Positions 55,136 to 64,000 of a stretch of DNA of 64,000 nt are shown in pieces (the first letter of the stretch is position 1; every line of letters begins with the position of its first letter). The stretch is from Paramecium tetraurelia. Taxonomy: Eukaryota. Location of the stretch: the NCBI GenBank assembly GCA_000165425.1, contig CT868563.1, positions 248,001 to 312,000 of the forward strand. Direction: 5' to 3'. The position numbers and the translations under genes are program-made. The notes under the pieces are model-generated. The model had not been told where the DNA came from. It was given only the letters and a program-made list of their open reading frames with translations, and did no database searches.

Positions 55136-55917
55136 ATGTAAATAAATGGCCGTTTGTAATTTGACTTAAAACTTGATGATAAAGATTATAAAATTAGTGG
55201 CAACATTTTCATGAAGGACAACATTTCTACAGACGTTGAGAAGGAAGCAGAAACAATTGCCAATAGAATCATCGAAAAAGTCCGATAAAAATCATTAAAC
55301 AAATCAGTCAATAAATCTGTTTAACACAAGTATGAATCATAATCAGCCACCAAATTCAGTCAAACTGAACATTTCAAATCTATTGAATAAAACAATTCTC
55401 GATAAGAAACATTAAAAAATGACTATAAATAACCCTATATATCTGAATATTAAACCGAATTTAGATCCTCATGCAAATTGAATAATGTAGAACAACAATT
55501 AGATATTTGTGAATTAATCACTCCTTAAAAACATAAGCAAAGAAATACTAAATCGTAATAATGCATTAAAAAAGAGTAGCCAAGTCTTAAATAGTCTGCA
55601 ACTATCTAATTGGCTGAGAGTTAATATTTTATCGAAAATAGTAGTAATTGCAATAAGAAAGATGGAAAGCAAATTATTTAATTGATGTATTCTTTTATTC
55701 AATTATTAATTTTAGAGATAATGCACATAATCTAATCAGAAAAAACTCATAAATTTTGAATAAGGTTTAACTCTAGTCTCCTCTTCAATCAGTCATCAAT
55801 ACAAAATCTCTCAATACATAAAACAATAAAAAGAAAGAAGATATTGTTACTCAACTATTAGGAAGTCTAAGGAATGCTAAAAAAATTAAAGATGAATATT
55901 AAAAAAGATTCTTTTGA
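55136..55917 (+). CDS. hypothetical protein
   Basis: Code-6 frame MQINGRLQFDLKLDD...YQKRFF*. Confidence 0.6.
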
Positions 55918-55948
55918 TTACTTATATTTATTAATACACAAAGTAATA

Positions 55949-57512
55949 TCATTTCAAAATTTATTTAATTTCATATCTTAATTCTAAAAAATGTCTATAT
56001 TCAATAAGATATTTTTAATTATGGGTTATTTAATCTAAATATTATAATAAATCATTTTGATTAAATGAAGGCAATAATCCATATTTATATAAAAGCTCAT
56101 AATATTAGGATAATGTTTTCAAAATTTACAACTCTTTTGTATACTATATCACATTCTAAAGTTTTATTTTTGTATACAAATCATGATTCAACTCTTCAAT
56201 ACTCATTTTAATATAAGATAACAATCCTTCCTTTGTTAAATTTTTTATTAAACGAGAAAATTCTTAGTCGAATTTTACATTATCATTAGAAAACTCTGGG
56301 ATAGAACTAACTTTAATCAATTGACTTTAAAATAATTCTTAAATTTTAATGTTATCTTAACAGACTTATTCTAATCCTTACTACCTTATTTTATTATCTC
56401 CAGTATTTGATTCAGATGTGAATAAATTATAAAGTGCTGCTGATAGAATAGTCAAATGTTTGGCTGATAATATGCATAGTTTTTCTTTTAACCAAGGTGA
56501 AATCAATTTGTAATTATCAGATAAAATAAATTTAATTACACTAAAATAATTCTAGTATCCTTGTATTGTATTATCAACAATGATAAATTAATCGGAATCA
56601 TTTTTTGTAATTTTTGGAATAACAGGGGCAGCTAATCTATCAACTTTCACAGTTTTAAAAGTAGTTTTATTTTGTTGTTTAACAAATAATTTATTATTAA
56701 GGATATCAGCTATGCTGGATCTATAATTTACATCAAAGACCAAACAATTTTATATTAATTATTTGACATGACTCGGGATTTCTGGTGCATCTGGAAAGGT
56801 GACTTAATTTCTTGTTATTTCATAAATTAGATCTCTCTCATTCTGAGCACTCCAAGGAGGGATTCCAAATAGTATTTCATAGGCCATCACACCGAAACTC
56901 CAAATATCACTTTTTAAATGATATTAATTTCTGATCAAAGTTTCAGGACTCATGTATAAAGGAGTTCCAACGTTCATCTCAGATGATAATTTAGACATTT
57001 CTTTTGCAAATCCAAAATCGGCTATTCTTATAGTATTGTCTGAAATAAGAATGTTTTAGGGTTTCAAATCTCTATGGATTATGTCTTATTATAATAAATA
57101 TGATGTACTTTCTTATTACATGGATACAATTCCATATATAATTTAAATAATAATTTGTATTGCAATATTTGAATTTAATTTACCATATTTCTTTATATAT
57201 GATTGTAAATCACCCTATTTGCATAATTCAGTTATTATATAAATATTATTTTTAGTGTAAAAGTAATCGTGGAGTTTGAGTATAAAATTTCCTTTGAGTT
57301 TTGAAAGCACTGTAATTTCATTTTAAATTAGTGGTATTTGATCACTTATTTATCTTTAAATAACCTGATTTACTTATAGAATGTACCTTAATGGCTACTT
57401 CTTCTTAAGTAAGATCGTTAATGCCTTTGTAAACTATGGAACTGAACCCACGGCCAACAATGTCTCCAACAGAGTATGAATAATTCATAATTCCTCTTCT
57501 TTAGAAATGCAT
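55949..57512 (-). CDS. Ser/Thr kinase, ULK/ATG1-like ciliate family
   Basis: VGRGFSSIVYKG, VAIK, HRDLKPQNIL, IADFGFAK, VGTPLYMSPE, KSDIWSFG. Confidence 0.88.
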
Positions 57513-57552
57513 ATTGTATTTAACAATTAATTAAATAATATTATATCAATAT

Positions 57553-60500
57553 TCAGTTTGAACAAATAATGGCCACTCCTCTGATAATCCAAAATTCAGG
57601 TGACTCATTTGTTTTCAATGGGATATCCATTATCTTCTTATTTCTTTTCTTCGTACTATAAACAGGGATTTGCAAATATTCTTGATATTATTAAATTTGT
57701 GTGGTTAGGTTAATCGATATGAGAGGAACCTATGAATACAACACATTAATTTGCGGCTCTACAATATTTTATTATTCTTCATCCCATTGGCATTAATCAA
57801 AAAGCAGGCCTTCGATCAGATAGCCTTCAAAGTTATGATTACAAATTTTGAATTCGAAATTCAATGAATCTACAGGAATAGAGTTCTTTCTAGCATAATC
57901 TTGTTTCACACCTGTCAAAAATGTTTGAGGATAGAAAAAATAAGAAATGTTTATCAATTCTGGAATTCCATTTTCAATCCATTTCTAAAAATATTTGATT
58001 CTTTCCTATAAATTTTAGACAAAATTAATTAGATTGCTGGTTGTCAAATAGGATTTCGATAACCAGCTAGTTGGAATCACTCCCTACAGAAGATGATAAC
58101 ATATTTGTTCCATTTCTTAATTCATGACTTCTAATCCATCAAGTGATTTCAGTATGAACTCTAAATCGCTTTTAATTTGAATTATTAATTTGTTGAATCT
58201 ACAACACTCCTATATCAGTATTGTATTTAAAGGAGTACCATATTGATGTTCTAGATGGTCATATTATAGGACACTCAAAGAGATAGAGGAGATCAGCAAT
58301 TTAAGCTATTCCTCTTAATCATTGATATTTAAAACACTACTAATATTGCATAGCTTTCCATTCAATTCATTTGTCTCATTAATCTTCTAATTTATTTAAG
58401 CATTTAAGTGTAAACCAAACAGTCGATTATCATCTTAATAGGATAACTCATTTATCTATTCCATATAGTCATTTAGCATCATTGGATATTCAGACTCTTC
58501 ACCCACTAAATACTTATCTAACAATATCTTAAGTAATTATCTGTCATTATTATCGATCACTCTGCCTCCATAATTAAGTTCACTAATTAGATACTTCAAT
58601 CCTTCTGTATCATAATCTAATAATTATTTTTGTGATATTTCCAAATCAGCTTGAGAAAAATCATAATTGAAATTCCATCCTATATTTCCAAACTTTCTTC
58701 TTTCCAAAACAATAGCATGAAACTATGCCAAACCAAATAGTTGATTTTTGAATTATAAGGGTTTATCATTATATTTCTTCTCTTCAATAGATGAATATAT
58801 TCTTAATAAATTATTCTTATATCCCTTTGGATATTCAAATGTGAATTTTTCTGATTTTTACAATAACTTAATCGAAAATGTATCAATTGGACTTGTAGTT
58901 AAAAATAATCTGAATTTTGAGTCCCTTTATACTTACTGTAATTCATTTTCATATATCTATTCGATTGATCTGATGAAACTCTTGGCTAAATGTAAATTCT
59001 ATAGAATAATCCATTAATTTTCTTCTATTGCTTTTTTTATACCTAACTCAGCTATTTGGTTTTAGCCTTGTCCCAATGATAAAGATTGCAATTTGATTTT
59101 TTCTGATGCAGCTTCTCTTAAAATGAAGTTTAAAGGATCAGATCCAGAAGACAATATAAATAAAATTGGAGTATTTGGCTAAATAGATAAAGGTTCAATG
59201 CTAAATTATGGAATGATTGTAAAATGTGATCCAACATAATACTCAATTGTTTAATGGAGTTGAAATATGAATTAATATGGTTTGATGATTTTAGTTATTA
59301 TGAGTAGATGAAATGGTTTAAGTTCTAAATCATAGTTGTTGTTTAAAAATTCATAATAGTGATTTGTCAATTGTTATACTATTTTATCATTTTTGAATTA
59401 AAAGGCATAATCATTTAATTAATTCCACTATTACTATGTTAGATATTCAGGACATGTAGTTGAACTCTAAATTAGAGTGTAATTAGAATGCTAATTGAGT
59501 AAGAAACTAATTTCCTCTTGAGTAATAATGTTTTCAATCAATAAGATTTTGAGGAAGAGCATGGTTGTAAATGTTAACTTATCCTTTTCTAAGAGTGATT
59601 AACAAATGTAAGAGTAAAGCAATTTTGTAAAATGCTGGAACAGAAATTTATTCTTTTCTACCTATTGATTTTGAGAAGCAGATTTAAATGCTTTAATTGA
59701 TTAATCAAAAAGTTGAATGAATTTTTCTAAGGACCAAACATACACAAATTCCAATTTCTATAAATCTCTAATAACAAGATAAATAATAGAAATCTTCTTT
59801 GTAATAGTCTTGTATTGACTTGAGATCTTTTAAAAGGTTTCTTTGTCGTTTTCTGCTTTTTTTAATTTATCCTCTATTTCTATTTACTCATTTTTTGATT
59901 TCTATAAAGTGAGAATCAAGGTTTCATCCTCTAAAATATTGCCATGAGTTCCATGTAATAATTTTAGGATTGAATCCTCGGTTTGTTGTTGTCTGTTTTT
60001 ATTTTCATAATAATCTCTGATGTTCTTTTATCTTATCTCTTCCTTTTAAGGCTCCTCCACACCTACAATGTAATTTAATAAGAAATCTTCCAATCCTTCC
60101 TGAGTTACTTCAAAATTAATAAATTTCAAGTGAATGCAAATCTCAGGACTGTATAAGGGGTTCTTGCTCTAAATGAACAGCCTAAAATCAGGATGCATTT
60201 CGATCTTCTTATCATTTAATTTTGCATATGTACCACAGGGGAATGGAATCTGACTTTCATCGGGTTCTTGCAATAAAACTGGATGGCCTATCTGCATACA
60301 ATTCTCAAAGTTGAATTTAGAATTTAATTTTTCATTCCACATCAATAACCATTAAGATCCTTGATTTTAAGGATCAATTAGTAGAATCCATTTAGTAGAA
60401 TTTTAAATGATTATAGCATTATCAATAGATAATTGATCATTTGGCAATTTCATTTAATTAATCCATTATCCAACGATTATTTGATTGCAGAGGGTGTTCA

Positions 60501-63500
60501 ATAAAGAGAAATTCTAACTAAAAGAAACATTCTGCAATTCAATTTTAAGTTATTCTAAAATGGATTCTCTAAGTCCAAGAGGAAATGGTCCAAAAAATGT
60601 AATAATAGCACTTGATAATATGCAATCACCCTGCAAAAATTGTTTATTTTATTTGTATTGATTAGCCTTATGTCTCCAACTATCCTTCTCTTGTATCAAT
60701 CCACTGATTAATTTCTCGGCTCTCTCCAGTTATACTTAACACTTATTAACATCCTCTTATAATTAGTCTTTCTCTAATTTAGCTTGATTGTAATCGTTTT
60801 GGAGTAAATTTAAAAATCTTAAGATCTCCTTCAAAGCATCTATCTTTTCCTTTAATGCTAATTCAGTTACTTACAATTATTAAATAGCATTTTTTAATAG
60901 AACTTATTTGGGATCAACAATCAAATAGGCTTCGAATGTATCAACCACAGCCTTAATCCATAAACTCAAATTTCCTGCAGCCTTGGAAGCATTAAATACC
61001 TTATCATCAAATTGAAGTCCCTTTATCTTCTGAATTCTAGCTGGAGTGATGGCTTTTATTTATTCCTCCTTGAAATCTCTGACTCTCTTAATCAATTTAT
61101 CATTAAGTAAATTCTTTTTGGCATGTTCCCAAAAGTCTTAGATCTTTTCTTAAGAACCAGGTTCCTTCTATTTCCACTTTACCTATTCATCAAATATGTA
61201 ACACATTCCTTCCATGACTAATGAGACAGCTAAAGGTGGTTTCTAAAAGGATTTCAATTAAATCATATCTTCATTTGTGATTTTCTCCAAAGCTGATGTA
61301 GCTGCTGCTAGTATTGGCAACACCTTGTCTAATTCATCTTGACATTCCTGTTTTAATTGATCAGCTTTCAATTTTTCTTAAGTGCATTCATATTCTTCCT
61401 ATTCACATTATTGTTTCTTTAGGTCTGCCTCTTTTTGTTTTTTCTATAAATTTATTAGTAAATGAGAATTTTCAAGAGTCAATTTATGTAATTTTGGATG
61501 AAGCTCTTGCAAAGTTGCTTTCATCAATGTAACATCTGATTCAGTTTGTAAGATCTTATCCACTCCATGTGTATATCTTTAAATAAATTTGTCAGTTTCT
61601 TTCTATTTTTAAGAATATAAGACTTTATATTGCTTCAAGAATTCCAAGAAGTATGGCTAATAGATTTGAAGGTAATGTTACTGGTTTTTCATTTGCTTAC
61701 AATATTGTTGACTTTCCTTCTTTATTATGCTAAATACATTTAAGACATCTATGTCATATTATTATTAGGTTTCTATTAATGCTTCTTATGGCCATTCAGC
61801 AAACCAATCAATAGTTGTGTTATTTATTAAAGTTGGAAATAATCGAATGCGATTTCTAAACTATTCACCGTTTGGATTGATACTTAAAATAAAATGCAAA
61901 TTTTGATGGGTCTATTTAACAAATTGAGGATAGTTCATATGGTATTCATTTAAATCTTCAATCAATTTCATTTTGTCTTCAGCTGTATATAGATTTTGCA
62001 TTTCACCAAAATTAATTAGATTACAAATTTGTTCTAAATTAAAATCATTGATTTGATTGCAATTAGCATAAATTATTGTATTTCTCAATTCCATTCCTGC
62101 CTATCTTAGAATAGATTGCAATTCATCTTTATCATTAGTGTAATTATACATCTCTTTACCATCCATTATATACGAACTCAAATTCGCCAGGGATTATCTG
62201 CCACTACCAGTCAATCCAATTAAAAGCATATTTCCAAATTCTAATCCTCTGATAATTCTGACAATGTGATTGATGGCATATTCAAATAACACTATGTTAT
62301 TTTCCTAAATAATCTTTTAAAATTCATCTAGTTTAGAATTCAAATATTCTCTCAAAACTTTTTGTTCAACACATGTATAAATCTTTGAATAACTCTGGTT
62401 TTCAATTGTAGTAGGGATTATGTTGGTATAATATAATTGCTTAAACTCATAATTCTTTTTCATGTTTTATGAGATAAGATCTAATAAAATTTGATTGAAT
62501 TTTTCACTCTCAATCATCCTATCTGAGAATACTCTCTGACATTCATTCTGCCATAGATTAACCAAATCTCTATCTCTCTATATTGTCCTAATATCTCCCA
62601 AATATATCCCTTTAAATACCTTCCATACATCTCTTAAATTAAAAATGTAATGGCATTTGGAAGGTGTTGCTAAATACTCTTACTTAACAATATTAAATAA
62701 TTATATTGTACTATTAACAATTATATTACTCATTTTTATTATGGCATTATTCACTAATTGTTTTTAACCCCATTGATTCAATATCCATTAATTTAAAGCA
62801 TTAAATATTTTTATTAATGATTCATGAGAATACTGTGGAACATAAAGTAACATGAAATGTCTCATAAATCTTTGGTTGACTTACTTTTAAGTGGCACAAA
62901 TATACATTGTATCTTCTAGATGTTTGAATTCTTTAGTCTCAATATCATACCATCCATTAGTATCAATATGTTATCGGATCAATTCATTTGGCTATTCATT
63001 CATAGATAAATCATCTATAAAAACCGAGCAAACTGCCTTATTTTCTTCAGGACCATAATGCCCTTTACATCGTCTCTAACTAACCTTATTTTCAATCAAT
63101 TATTATATGTAATTGATCTAAGTTTGTCCACTAAATGTCAATTATAATTAAGCATGGTTCTAAAAGAGTTGCCTTGTCTATTAAATTTAAATTGTCTTGC
63201 CAGATCCAGTTTATCCAATCAAAATTAAATTGATTTTTTATGAAAGATTTTAAGTAATCCAAAATTGAGTTTTTATTGTGTCAATGCATTTAATATAAAG
63301 ACTATCGAAGGATTTTGTCTAATTAATTTATGATTATTGAGGGTCAACATTCCAAAAAAGCCAACAATTTTTATTGACATCAAAATAGAAATCGTACAAA
63401 TTAGGTTTATTTACAGGTTCCATAAATCTTAAATGCAATGCTTGCGGCTCATATTAATATTTGTTTTTAATTGAGAATTATTAAATTACATCATTCGAAG

Positions 63501-64000
63501 CTGTAATTAATTTCATTATCATAACATTTAAACTTTTTCTTTGATTTTCATCGCATATTCCTCCAATGACCCATAAAATACAAAATAACAACACATTTAT
63601 TTGTTGATCCTCATTCTTGTAATTGAAAGTTCTCATCATATTTAAAGATTATTACACTAATTGGGCATCTGTACATGGCACATAAAACTTACCTTACAAA
63701 AATCCTAATGTACAATCAAACAACCATAATGCTTTCTTTTAAAAAGTGTCATTAAAATTTTAATTGTCCAAAATTACTTTCCATTACAATTACTCCATAA
63801 ATAGCATTCCACATCTAGTAACAGTTGCTGGAGATGCTTACTATAAATCAGAAGTCTCGAAAATGATCTATGTTCTTTCAAACAATCTAATGATTTCTCC
63901 AGATGATAAACACAATTTTTTATTGTCATCCAAAACTGTATTCAAATTCTCTACCCATTGTGTATCAACCGGCCCGTCAAATACTATGAGTTAATTAATC
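57553..64000 (-). CDS. axonemal dynein heavy chain, inner-arm-like (AAA2 to C-terminus; 5' part outside the window)
   Basis: [54 protein letters not shown], stalk, [34 protein letters not shown]. Confidence 0.93.

Overview
This window is very AT-rich, gene-dense ciliate macronuclear DNA, most consistent with Paramecium. TAA/TAG read as Gln and TGA is the only stop (translation table 6). Introns are tiny (about 20-32 nt, GT..AG) and many intergenic spacers are only 22-60 nt. The supplied ORF track treats TAA/TAG as stops, so it only fragments the real genes. Hand translation gives about 31 protein-coding genes. They include an ERK7-like MAPK, PKG, an alpha/beta hydrolase, MORN and PUF proteins, an INCENP-like IN-box protein, a quinone oxidoreductase and a TTLL11-like ligase. 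Also present are SNF1-like, NAK and ULK-like kinases, D2LIC, p24, a TIS11-like CCCH protein, uL4m, CEP135/Bld10, a P4-ATPase-like/guanylyl cyclase fusion spanning two N gaps, a PHD/PZP protein, eL36, choline-phosphate cytidylyltransferase and a compact axonemal dynein heavy chain. Several longer spacers look like decayed genes. I saw no tRNA, rRNA, CRISPR array or transposon. The best novelty candidate is a putatively myristoylated F-box protein fused to a cullin N-terminal-repeat-like region without a cullin C-terminus (7422-9249). Other points of interest are a GT..TG 25-nt intron in PKG, 22-26 nt bidirectional promoters and an apparently catalytically dead ATPase module on the cyclase. All gene boundaries are manual and all homology calls come from motif recognition, not database searches.
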